From assembly GCA_964057225.1 (NCBI GenBank), contig OZ059898.1:19840001-19904000 (forward strand): 64,000 nt of DNA, given 5' to 3'. Position 1 is the first letter of the stretch; every line of letters starts with the position of its first letter. A program made the translations under genes and the position numbers. The notes beneath the pieces are model-generated. The model was given only the letters and a program-made list of their open reading frames with translations. It ran no database searches and was not told the origin of the DNA. Positions 42,601-55,800 of this stretch are shown piece after piece. The DNA comes from Auanema rhodensis (lineage: Eukaryota; Animalia; Nematoda).

Positions 42601-44957
42601 TCATTATTGCTTTGTTAGCTTTAAAATTTTTGCTACTACATGTCCTGTGTTTACTGCACTAGCTGGTTTTCACTTTTTATGAGATTTTTCATCATCTTAC
42701 AACAAATTCATTTAAATCTAACATGAATTATTTTCTCGTTTTAAAAAGCATTGAATTTCATTGTTTCTTGTAATATTGGATTTGATTACTGCTTCTTTAG
42801 CTTTAAAATTTTTGCTACTACATGTCTTGTGTTTACTGCTCTAGCTGGTTTTCACTTTTTATGAGATTTTTCATCATCTTACAACAAATTCATTTAAATC
42901 TAACATGAATTATTTTCTCGTTTTAAAAAGCATTGAATTTCATTGTTTCTTGTAATATTGGATTTGATTATTGCTTCGTTTGTTTTAAGATTTTGCTTCT
43001 GCATGTCCTGTGTTTACTGCTCTAGCTGGTTTTCACTTTTTATGAGATTTTTCATCATCTTACAAGAAATTCAATTGAATCTAACATGAATTATTTTTTC
43101 GTTTGAAAAAGCATTGAATTTCATTGTTTCTTGTAATATTGGATTTGATTATTGCTTTGTTAGCTTTAAAATTTTTGCTACTACATGTCCTGTGTTTACT
43201 GCTCTAGCTGGTTTTCACTTTTTATGAGATTTTTCATCATCTTACAACAAATTCATTTAAATCTAACATGAATTGTTTTTTCGTTTTGAAAAGCATTGAA
43301 TTTCATTGTTTCTGGTAATATTTGATTTGATTATTGCTTCGTTTGTTTTAAGATTTTGCTTCTGCATGTCCTGTGTTTACTGCTCTAGCTGGTTTTCACT
43401 TTTTATGAGATTTTTCATCATCTTACAACAAATTCATTTAAATCTAACATGAATTACTTTTTCGTTTTAAAAAGCATTGAATTTCATTGTTTCTTGTAAT
43501 ATTGGATTTGATTATTGCTTCGTTTGTTTTAAGATTTTGCTTCTGCATAGCTTCAGTGCTCTAGCTGGTTTTCACTTTTTATGAGATTTTTCATCATCTT
43601 ACAACAAATTCATTTAAATCTAACATGAATTATTTTTTCGTTTTAAAAAGCATTGAATTTCATTGTTTCTTGTAATATTGGATTTGATTATTGCTTCGTT
43701 TGTTTTAAGATTTTGCTTCTGCATGTCCTGTGTTTACTGCTCTAGCTGGTTTTCACTTTTTATGAGATTTTTCATCATCTTACAACAAATTCATTTAAAT
43801 CTAACATGAATTACTTTTTCGTTTTAAAAAGCATTGAATTTCATTGTTTCTTGTAATATTGGATTTGATTATTGCTTCGTTTGTTTTAAGATTTTGCTTC
43901 TGCATAGCTTCAGTGCTCTAGCTGGTTTTCACTTTTTATGAGATTTTTCATCATCTTACAACAAATTCATTTAAATCTAACATGAATTACTTTTTCGTTT
44001 TAAAAAGCATTGAATTTCATTGTTTCTGGTAATATTGGATTTGATTATTGCTTCGTTTGTTTTAAGATTTTGCTTCTGCATGTCCTGTGTTTACTGCTCT
44101 AGCTGGTTTTCACTTTTTATGAGATTTTTCATCATCTTACAACAAATTCATTTAAATCTAACATGAATTACTTTTTCGTTTTAAAAAGCATTGAATTTCA
44201 TTGTTTCTTGTAATATTGGATTTGATTATTGCTTCGTTTGTTTTAAGATTTTGCTTCTGCATAGCTTCAGTGCTCTAGCTGGTTTTCACTTTTTATGAGA
44301 TTTTTCATCATCTTACAACAAATTCATTTAAATCTAACATGAATTATTTTTTCGTTTTAAAAAGCATTGAATTTCATTGTTTCTTGTAATATTGGATTTG
44401 ATTATTGCTTCGTTTGTTTTAAGATTTTGCTTCTGCATGTCCTGTGTTTACTGCTCTAGCTGGTTTTCACTTTTTATGAGATTTTTCATCATCTTACAAC
44501 AAATTCATTTAAATCTAACATGAATTATTTTTTCGTTTTAAAAAGCATTGAATTTCATTGTTTCTTGTAATATTGGATTTGATTATTGCTTCGTTTGTTT
44601 TAAGATTTTGCTTCTGCATGTCCTGTGTTTACTGCTCTAGCTGGTTTTCACTTTTTATGAGATTTTTCATCATCTTACAACAAATTCATTTAAATCTAAC
44701 ATGAATTATTTTTTCGTTTTAAAAAGCATTGAATTTCATTGTTTCTTGTAATATTGGATTTCATTATTGCTTTGTTAGCTTTAAAATTTTTGCTACTACA
44801 TGTCCTGTGTTTACTGCACTAGCTGGTTTTCACTTTTTATGAGATTTTTCATCATCTTACAACAAATTCATTTAAATCTAACATGAATTATTTTCTCGTT
44901 TTAAAAAGCATTGAATTTCATTGTTTCTTGTAATATTGGATTTGATTATTGCTTCGT
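39624..44957 (+). repeat. ~180-bp tandem satellite array, forward orientation (29 full monomers + partial; 176/181/182-bp subtypes)
   Basis: Marker TTATGAGATTTTTCATCATCTTAC recurs at 39624, 39805, 39981, 40157, 40339, 40515, 40697 ... 44655, 44837. Subtype tags: GCATAGCTTCAGTGCTC (176), GCATGTCCTGTGTTTACTGCTC (181), GTTAGCTT...TTTTTGCTACTACATG (182). Confidence 0.98.
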
Positions 44958-44991
44958 ATTGCTTTGTTCATTTCTCTTATTTTTATTACTA
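44958..44991. other. Pivot/spacer of the large inversion: ~11-nt local re-copy of satellite plus ~23 nt not matching either monomer
   Basis: The forward monomer stops at TATTGCTTCGT (44957). It is followed by ATTGCTTTGTT (as in the 182-bp subtype), then CATTTCTCTTATTTTTATTACTA. The reverse-strand monomer starts at TTTGAAACGAAAAAATAGTTCAT. Boundaries are uncertain by a few nt. Confidence 0.85.
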
Positions 44992-47900
44992 TTTGAAACG
45001 AAAAAATAGTTCATATTAGATTCAAATGAATTTGTTGCAAGATGATGAAAAATCTCATAAAAATGGAAAACCAGCTGGAGCACTGAAGCTATGCAGAAGC
45101 AAAATCTTAAAACAAACGAAGCAATAATCAAATCCAATATTACAAGAAACAATGAAATTCAATGCTTTTTCAAACGAAAAAATAATTCATGTTAGATTCA
45201 ATTGAATTTCTTGTAAGATGATGAAAAATCTCATAAAAAGTGAAAACCAGCTAGAGCAGTAAACACAGGACATGCAGAAGCAAAATCTTAAAACAAACGA
45301 AGCAATAATCAAATCCAATATTACAAGAAACAATGAAATTCAATGCTTTTCAAAACGAAAAAACAATTCATGTTAGATTTAAATGAATTTGTTGTAAGAT
45401 GATGAAAAATCTCATAAAAAGTGAAAACCAGCTAGAGCACTGAAGCTATGCAGAAGCAAAATCTTAAAACAAACGAAGCAATAATCAAATCCAATATTAC
45501 AAGAAACAATGAAATTCAATGCTTTTTAAAACGAAAAAATAATTCATGTTAGATTTAAATGAATTTGTTGTAAGATGATGAAAAATCTCATAAAAAGTGA
45601 AAACCAGCTAGAGCAGTAAACACAGGACATGCAGAAGCAAAATCTTAAAACAAACGAAGCAATAATCAAATCCAATATTACAAGAAACAATGAAATTCAA
45701 TGCTTTTTAAAACGAAAAAATAATTCATGTTAGATTTAAATGAATTTGTTGTAAGATGATGAAAAATCTCATAAAAAGTGAAAACCAGCTAGAGCACTGA
45801 AGCTATGCAGAAGCAAAATCTTAAAACAAACGAAGCAATAATCAAATCCAATATTACAAGAAACAATGAAATTCAATGCTTTTTAAAACGAAAAAGTAAT
45901 TCATGTTAGATTTAAATGAATTTGTTGTAAGATGATGAAAAATCTCATAAAAAGTGAAAACCAGCTAGAGCAGTAAACACAGGACATGCAGAAGCAAAAT
46001 CTTAAAACAAACGAAGCAATAATCAAATCCAATATTACAAGAAACAATGAAATTCAATGCTTTTTAAAACGAAAAAATAATTCATGTTAGATTTAAATGA
46101 ATTTGTTGTAAGATGATGAAAAATCTCATAAAAAGTGAAAACCAGCTAGAGCACTGAAGCTATGCAGAAGCAAAATCTTAAAACAAACGAAGCAATAATC
46201 AAATCCAATATTACAAGAAACAATGAAATTCAATGCTTTTTAAAACGAAAAAGTAATTCATGTTAGATTTAAATGAATTTGTTGTAAGATGATGAAAAAT
46301 CTCATAAAAAGTGAAAACCAGCTAGAGCAGTAAACACAGGACATGCAGAAGCAAAATCTTAAAACAAACGAAGCAATAATCAAATCCAATATTACCAGAA
46401 ACAATGAAATTCAATGCTTTTCAAAACGAAAAAACAATTCATGTTAGATTTAAATGAATTTGTTGTAAGATGATGAAAAATCTCATAAAAAGTGAAAACC
46501 AGCTAGAGCAGTAAACACAGGACATGTAGTAGCAAAAATTTTAAAGCTAACAAAGCAATAATCAAATCCAATATTACAAGAAACAATGAAATTCAATGCT
46601 TTTTCAAACGAAAAAATAATTCATGTTAGATTCAATTGAATTTCTTGTAAGATGATGAAAAATCTCATAAAAAGTGAAAACCAGCTAGAGCAGTAAACAC
46701 AGGACATGCAGAAGCAAAATCTTAAAACAAACGAAGCAATAATCAAATCCAATATTACAAGAAACAATGAAATTCAATGCTTTTCAAAACGAAAAAACAA
46801 TTCATGTTAGATTTAAATGAATTTGTTGTAAGATGATGAAAAATCTCATAAAAAGTGAAAACCAGCTAGAGCACTGAAGCTATGCAGAAGCAAAATCTTA
46901 AAACAAACGAAGCAATAATCAAATCCAATATTACAAGAAACAATGAAATTCAATGCTTTTTAAAACGAAAAAGTAATTCATGTTAGATTTAAATGAATTT
47001 GTTGTAAGATGATGAAAAATCTCATAAAAAGTGAAAACCAGCTAGAGCAGTAAACACAGGACATGCAGAAGCAAAATCTTAAAACAAACGAAGCAATAAT
47101 CAAATCCAATATTACCAGAAACAATGAAATTCAATGCTTTTTAAAACGAAAAAATAATTCATGTTAGATTTAAATGAATTTGTTGTAAGATGATGAAAAA
47201 TCTCATAAAAAGTGAAAACCAGCTAGAGCACTGAAGCTATGCAGAAGCAAAATCTTAAAACAAACGAAGCAATAATCAAATCCAATATTACAAGAAACAA
47301 TGAAATTCAATGCTTTTTAAAACGAAAAAGTAATTCATGTTAGATTTAAATGAATTTGTTGTAAGATGATGAAAAATCTCATAAAAAGTGAAAACCAGCT
47401 AGAGCAGTAAACACAGGACATGCAGAAGCAAAATCTTAAAACAAACGAAGCAATAATCAAATCAAATATTACCAGAAACAATGAAATTCAATGCTTTTCA
47501 AAACGAAAAAACAATTCATGTTAGATTTAAATGAATTTGTTGTAAGATGATGAAAAATCTCATAAAAAGTGAAAACCAGCTAGAGCAGTAAACACAGGAC
47601 ATGTAGTAGCAAAAATTTTAAAGCTAACAAAGCAATAATCAAATCCAATATTACAAGAAACAATGAAATTCAATGCTTTTTCAAACGAAAAAATAATTCA
47701 TGTTAGATTCAATTGAATTTCTTGTAAGATGATGAAAAATCTCATAAAAAGTGAAAACCAGCTAGAGCAGTAAACACAGGACATGCAGAAGCAAAATCTT
47801 AAAACAAACGAAGCAATAATCAAATCCAATATTACAAGAAACAATGAAATTCAATGCTTTTTAAAACGAAAAAATAATTCATGTTAGATTTAAATGAATT

Positions 47901-49887
47901 TGTTGTAAGATGATGAAAAATCTCATAAAAAGTGAAAACCAGCTAGAGCACTGAAGCTATGCAGAAGCAAAATCTTAAAACAAACGAAGCAATAATCAAA
48001 TCCAATATTACAAGAAACAATGAAATTCAATGCTTTTTAAAACGAAAAAGTAATTCATGTTAGATTTAAATGAATTTGTTGTAAGATGATGAAAAATCTC
48101 ATAAAAAGTGAAAACCAGCTAGAGCAGTAAACACAGGACATGCAGAAGCAAAATCTTATAACAAACGAAGCAATAATCAAATCCAATATTACCAGAAACA
48201 ATTAAATTCAATGCTTTTCAAAACGAAAAAACAATTCATGTTAGATTTAAATGAATTTGTTGTAAGATGATGAAAAATCTCATAAAAAGTGAAAACCAGC
48301 TAGAGCAGTAAACACAGGACATGCAGAAGCAAAATCTTAAAACAAACGAAGCAATAATCAAATCCAATATTACAAAAAACAATGAAATTCAATGCTTTTT
48401 CAAACGAAAAAATAATTCATGTTAGATTCAATTGAATTTCTTGTAAGATGATGAAAAATCTCATAAAAAGTGAAAACCAGCTAGAGCAGTAAACACAGGA
48501 CATGCAGAAGCAAAATCTTATAACAAACGAAGCAATAATCAAATCCAATATTACCAGAAACAATTAAATTCAATGCTTTTCAAAACGAAAAAACAATTCA
48601 TGTTAGATTTAAATGAATTTGTTGTAAGATGATGAAAAATCTCATAAAAAGTGAAAACCAGCTAGAGCAGTAAACACAGGACATGTAGTAGCAAAAATTT
48701 TAAAGCTAACAAAGCAATAATCAAATCCAATATTACAAGAAACAATGAAATTCAATGCTTTTTCAAACGAAAAAATAATTCATGTTAGATTCAATTGAAT
48801 TTCTTGTAAGATGATGAAAAATCTCATAAAAAGTGAAAACCAGCTAGAGCAGTAAACACAGGACATGCAGAAGCAAAATCTTAAAACAAACGAAGCAATA
48901 ATCAAATCCAATATTACAAGAAACAATGAAATTCAATGCTTTTTAAAACGAAAAAATAATTCATGTTAGATTTAAATGAATTTGTTATAAGATGATGAAA
49001 AATCTCATAAAGAGTGAAAACCAGCTAGAGCAGTAAACACAGAAAATGTAGTAGCACAAATTTTAAAGCTAACAAAGCAATAATCAAATCCAATATTACA
49101 AGAAACAATGAAATTCAATGTTTTTTAAAACAAAAAAATAATTCATGTTAGATTTAAATGAATTTGTTGTAAGATGATGAAAAATCTCATAAAAAGTGAA
49201 AACCAGCTAGAGCACTGAAGCTATGCAGAAGCAAAATCTTGAAACAAACGAAGCAATAATCAAATCCAATATTACAAGAAACAATGAAATTCAATGCTTT
49301 TTAAAACGAAAAAATAATTCATGTTAGATTTAAATGAATTTGTTGTAAGATGATGAAAAATCTCATAAAAAGTGAAAACCAGCTAGAGCAGTAAACACAG
49401 GACATGCAGAAGCAAAATCTTAAAACAAACGAAGCAATAATCAAATCCAATATTACAAGAAACAATGAAATTCAATGCTTTTTAAAACGAAAAAATAATT
49501 CATGTTAGATTTAAATGAATTTGTTATAAGATGATGAAAAATCTCATAAAGAGTGAAAACCAGCTAGAGCAGTAAACACAGAAAATGTAGTAGCACAAAT
49601 TTTAAAGCTAACAAAGCAATAATCAAATCCAATATTACAAGAAACAATGAAATTCAATGTTTTTTAAAACGAAAAAATAATTCATGTTAGATTTAAATGA
49701 ATTTGTTGTAAGATGATGAAAAATCTCATAAAAAGTGAAAACCAGCTAGAGCACTGAAGCTATGCAGAAGCAAAATCTTGAAACAAACGAAGCAATAATC
49801 AAATCCAATATTACAAGAAACAATGAAATTCAATGCTTTTTAAAACGAAAAAATAATTCATGTTAGATTTAAATGAATTTGTTGTAA
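44992..49887 (-). repeat. ~180-bp tandem satellite array, inverted orientation (~27 monomers)
   Basis: Reverse complement of the preceding family (GTAAGATGATGAAAAATCTCATAA, CTGAAGCTATGCAG, GTAAACACAGGACATG) with the same three length subtypes; ends at ...GAATTTGTTGTAA (49887). Confidence 0.98.
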
Positions 49888-52800
49888 CATGTACACTCAA
49901 CATTGCTTCCAAAAACATTTTGACAAAAATTTTTTCGAAAAATTTCAAAATAATTTCGCAAAAAGTAAATGTTTTTAGATTTCTTTTTTCAAGGCAAAGA
50001 CGATGGACAATGTTATTCAACGAAAAAATTAATTCTTCAGGGTGAAAATCGAGGATATAAGTTTGAACTTATATCAGTTGATATCTCGGTGCATTTTTAA
50101 GCTACCGCAAATCTGATAACACAGATCGACGCAGCTTAAAAATCCGCATCGAATACACTATACTACATTGAGAAACGCTTGATACAAAAATTAGTTATGA
50201 TCGTTTGAAAAATGATGCATTAGTGTATGTTGAGTTTCCATGTACACTCAACATTGCTTCCAAAAACATTTTGACAAAAATTTTTCCGAAAAATTTGAAA
50301 ATAATTTAGCAAAAAGTAGATGTTTTTAGATTTCTTTTTTCAAGGCAAAGACGATGGACGATGTTATTCAACAAAAAAATTAATTCTTCAGGGTGAAAAT
50401 CGAGGATATAAGTGTGAACTTATATCAGTTGATATCTCGGTGCATTTTTAAGCTAGCGCAAATCTGATAACACAGATCGACGCAGCTTAAAAATCCGCAT
50501 CGAATGCACTATACTACATTGAGAAACGCTTGATACAAAAATTAGTTATGATCGTTTGAAAATGATGCATTAGTGTATTTTGAGTTTCCATGTACACTCA
50601 ACATTGCTTCCAAAACATTTTGACAAAAATTTTTTCGAAAAATTTCAAAATAATTTAGTAAAAAGTAGATGTTTTTAGATTTCTTTTTTCAAGGCAAAGA
50701 CGATGGACGATGTTATTCAACAAAAAAATTATATCTTCAGGGTGAAAATCGAGGATATAAGTGTGAACTTATATCAGTTGATATCTCGGTGCATTTTTAA
50801 GCTACCGCAAATCTGATAACACAGATCGACGCAGCTTAAAAATCCGCATCGAATGCACTATACTACATTGAGAAACGCTTGATACAAAAATTAGTTATGA
50901 TCGTTTGAAAAATGATGCATTAGTGTATGTTGAGTTTCCATGTACACTCAACATTGCTTCCAAAAACATTTTGACAAAAATTTTTCCGAAAAATTTCAAA
51001 ATAATTTAGCAAAAAGTAGATGTTTTTAGATTTCTTTTTTCAAGGCAAAGACGATGGACGATGTTATTCAACAAAAAAATTAATTCTTCAGGGTGAAAAT
51101 CGAGGATATAAGTGTGAACTTATATCAGTTGATATCTCGGTGCATTTAAAAGCTAGCGCAAATCTGATAACACAGATCGACGCAGCTTAAAAATCCGCAT
51201 CGAATACACTATACTACATTGAGAAACGCTTGATACAAAAATTAGTTATGATCGTTTGAAAAATGATGCATTAGTGTATGTTGAGTTTCCATGTACACTC
51301 AACATTGCTTCCAAAAACATTTTGACAAAAATTTTTCCGAAAAATTTCAAAATAATTTAGCAAAAAGTAGATGTTTTTAGATTTCTTTTTTCAAGGCAAA
51401 GACGATGGACGATGTTATTCAACAAAAAAATTAATTCTTCAGGGTGAAAATCGAGGATATAAGTGTGAACTTATATCAGTTGATATCTCGGTGCATTTTT
51501 AAGCTAGCGCAAATCTGATAACACAGATCGACGCAGCTTAAAAATCCGCATCGAATGCACTATACTACATTGAGAAACGCTTGATACAAAAATTAGTTAT
51601 GATCGTTTGAAAATGATGCATTAGTGTATTTTGAGTTTCCATGTACACTCAACATTGCTTCCAAAACATTTTGACAAAAATTTTTTCGAAAAATTTCAAA
51701 ATAATTTAGCGAAAAGTAGCTGTTTTTAGATTCCTTTTTTCAAGGCAAAAACGATGGACAATGTTATTCAACAAAAAAATTATATCTTCAGGGTGAAAAT
51801 CGAGGATATAAGTGTGAACTTATATCAGTTGATATCTCGGTGCATTTTTAAGCTACCGCAAATCTGATAACACAGATCGACGCAGCTTAAAAATCCGCAT
51901 CGAATACACTATACTACATTGAGAAACGCTTGATACAAAAATTAGTTATGATCGTTTGAAAAATGATGCATTAGTGTATGTTGAGTTTCCATGTACACTC
52001 AACATTGCTTCCAAAAACATTTTGACAAAAATTTTTCCGAAAAATTTCGAAATAATTTAGCAAAAAGTAGATGTTTTTAGATTTCTTTTTTCAAGGCAAA
52101 GACGATGGACGATGTTATTCAACAAAAAAATTAATTCTTCAGGGTGAAAATCGAGGATATAAGTGTGAACTTATATCAGTTGATATCTCGGTGCATTTAA
52201 AAGCTAGCGCAAATCTGATAACACAGATCGACGCAGCTTAAAAATCCGCATCGAATGCACTATACTACATTGAGAAACGCTTGATACAAAAATTAGTTAT
52301 GATCGTTTGAAAATGATGCATTAGTGTATTTTGAGTTTCCATGTACACTCAACATTGCTTCCAAAACATTTTGACAAAAATTTTTTCGAAAAATTTCAAA
52401 ATAATTTAGTAAAAAGTAGCTGTTTTTAGATTCCTTTTTTCAAGGCAAAAACGATGGACAATGTTATTCAACAAAAAAATTAATTCTTCAGGGTGAAAAT
52501 CGAGGATATAAGTGTGAACTTATATCAGTTGATATCTCGGTGCATTTTTAAGCTAGCGCAAATCTGATAACACAGATCGACGCAGCTTAAAAATCCGCAT
52601 CGAATGCACTATACTACATTGAGAAACGCTTGATACAAAAATTAGTTATGATCGTTTGAAAATGATGCATTAGTGTATTTTGAGTTTCCATGTACACTCA
52701 ACATTGCTTCCAAAACATTTTGACAAAAATTTTTTCGAAAAATTTCAAAATAATTTAGCGAAAAGTAGCTGTTTTTAGATTCCTTTTTTCAAGGCAAAAA

Positions 52801-55800
52801 CGATGGACAATGTTATTCAACAAAAAAATTATATCTTCAGGGTGAAAATCGAGGATATAAGTGTGAACTTATATCAGTTGATATCTCGGTGCATTTTTAA
52901 GCTACCGCAAATCTGATAACACAGATCGACGCAGCTTAAAAATCCGCATCGAATACACTATACTACATTGAGAAACGCTTGATACAAAAATTAGTTATGA
53001 TCGTTTGAAAATGATGCATTAGTGTATTTTGAGTTTCCATGTACACTCAACATTGCTTCCAAAACATTTTGACAAAAATTTTTTCGAAAAATTTCAAAAT
53101 AATTTAGTAAAAAGTAGCTGTTTTTAGATTCCTTTTTTCAAGGCAAAAACGATGGACAATGTTATTCAACAAAAAAATTATATCTTCAGGGTGAAAATCG
53201 AGGATATAAGTGTGAACTTATATCAGTTGATATCTCGGTGCATTTTTAAGCTACCGCAAATCTGATAACACAGATCGACGCAGCTTAAAAATCCGCATCG
53301 AATACACTATACTACATTGAGAAACGCTTGATACAAAAATTAGTTATGATCGTTTGAAAAATGATGCATTAGTGTATGTTGAGTTTCCATGTACACTCAA
53401 CATTGCTTCCAAAAACATTTTGACAAAAATTTTTCCGAAAAATTTCAAAATAATTTAGCAAAAAGTAGATGTTTTTAGATTTCTTTTTTCAAGGCAAAGA
53501 CGATGGACGATGTTATTCAACAAAAAAATTAATTCTTCAGGGGGAAAATCGAGGATATAAGTGTGAACTTATATCAGTTGATATCTCGGTGCATTTAAAA
53601 GCTAGCGCAAATCTGATAACACAGATCGACGCAGCTTAAAAATCCGCATCGAATGCACTATACTACATTGAGAAACGCTTGATACAAAAATTAGTTATGA
53701 TCGTTTGAAAATGATGCATTAGTGTATTTTGAGTTTCCATGTACACTCAACATTGCTTCCAAAACATTTTGACAAAAATTTTTTCGAAAAATTTCAAAAT
53801 AATTTAGTAAAAAGTAGCTGTTTTTAGATTCCTTTTTTCAAGGCAAAAACGATGGACAATGTTATTCAACAAAAAAATTAATTCTTCAGGGTGAAAATCG
53901 AGGATATAAGTGTGAACTTATATCAGTTGATATCTCGGTGCATTTCAAAGCTAGCGCAAATCTGATAACACAGATCGACGCAGCTTAAAAATCCGCATCG
54001 AATGCACTATACTACATTGAGAAACGCTTGATACACAAATTAGTTATGATCGTTTGAAAAATGATGCATTAGTGTATTTTGAGTTTCCATGTACACTCAA
54101 CATTGCTTCCAAAAACATTTTGACAAAAATTTTTCCGAAAAATTTCAAAATAATTTCGCAAAAAGTAGATGTTTTTAGATTTTTTTTTTCAAGGCAAAGA
54201 CGATGGACAAGGTTATTCAACGAAAAAATTGATTCTTCAGGGTGAAAATCGAGGATATAAGTGTGAACTTATATCAGTTGATATCTCGGTGCATTTTTCA
54301 GCTAGCGCAAATCTGATAACACAGATCGACGCAGCTTAAAAATCCGCATCGAATGCACTATACTACATTGAGAAACGCTTGATACAAAAATTAGTTATGA
54401 TCGTTTGAAAAATGATGCATTAGTGTATTTTGAGTTTCCATGTACACTCAACATTGCTTCCAAAAACATTTTGACAAAAATTTTTCCGAAAAATTTCAAA
54501 ATAATTTCGCAAAAAGTAGATGTTTTTAGATTTTTTTTTTCAAGGCAAAGACGATGGACAAGGTTATTCAACGAAAAAATTAATTCTTCAGGGTGAAAAT
54601 CGAGGATATAAGTGTGAACTTATATCAGTTGATATCTCGGTGCATTTTTAAGCTAGCGCAAATCTGATAACACAGATCGACGCAGCTTAAAAATCCGCAT
54701 CGAGTGCACTATACTACATTGAGAAACGCTTAATACAAAAATTAGTTATGATCGTTTGAAAAATGATGCATTAGTGTATTTTGAGTTTCCATGTACACTC
54801 AACATTGCTTCCAAAACATTTTGACAAAAATTTTTTCGAAAAATTTCAAAATAATTTAGCGAAAAGTAGCTGTTTTTAGATTCCTTTTTTCAAAGCAAAA
54901 ACGATGGACAATGTTATTCAACAAAAAAATTATATCTTCAGGGTGAAAATCGAGGATATAAGTGTGAACTTATATCAGTTGATATCTCGGTGCATTTTTA
55001 AGCTACCGCAAATCTGATAACACAGATCGACGCAGCTTAAAAATCCGCATCGAATACACTATACTACATTGAGAAACGCTTGATACAAAAATTAGTTATG
55101 ATCGTTTGAAAAATGATGCATTAGTGTATGTTGAGTTTCCATGTACACTCAACATTGCTTCCAAAAACATTTTGACAAAAATTTTTCCGAAAAATTTCAA
55201 AATAATTTAGCAAAAAGTAGATGTTTTTAGATTTCTTTTTTCAAGGCAAAGACGATGGACGATGTTATTCAACAAAAAAATTAATTCTTCAGGGGGAAAA
55301 TCGAGGATATAAGTGTGAACTTATATCAGTTGATATCTCGGTGCATTTAAAAGCTAGCGCAAATCTGATAACACAGATCGACGCAGCTTAAAAATCCGCA
55401 TCGAATGCACTATACTACATTGAGAAACGCTTGATACAAAAATTAGTTATGATCGTTTGAAAATGATGCATTAGTGTATTTTGAGTTTCCATGTACACTC
55501 AACATTGCTTCCAAAACATTTTGACAAAAATTTTTTCGAAAAATTTCAAAATAATTTAGTAAAAAGTAGCTGTTTTTAGATTCCTTTTTTCAAGGCAAAA
55601 ACGATGGACAATGTTATTCAACAAAAAAATTAATTCTTCAGGGTGAAAATCGAGGATATAAGTGTGAACTTATATCAGTTGATATCTCGGTGCATTTCAA
55701 AGCTAGCGCAAATCTGATAACACAGATCGACGCAGCTTAAAAATCCGCATCGAATGCACTATACTACATTGAGAAACGCTTGATACAAAAATTAGTTATG

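Noticed and set aside
39624-49887. Foldback-type transposon with modular inverted arms, or piggyBac-like TTAA insertion at 39619-39622
   Set aside because: There is no target-site duplication (flanks GAATTAA versus CATGTAC), the termini are offset by 20 nt, the flanking arrays are inverted relative to each other, and there is no transposase. TTAA is common at this composition.
44946-50045. ORFs crossing the pivot (44946-45152) and the right junction (49811-50045)
   Set aside because: Chance read-through of satellite junctions with no coding features.
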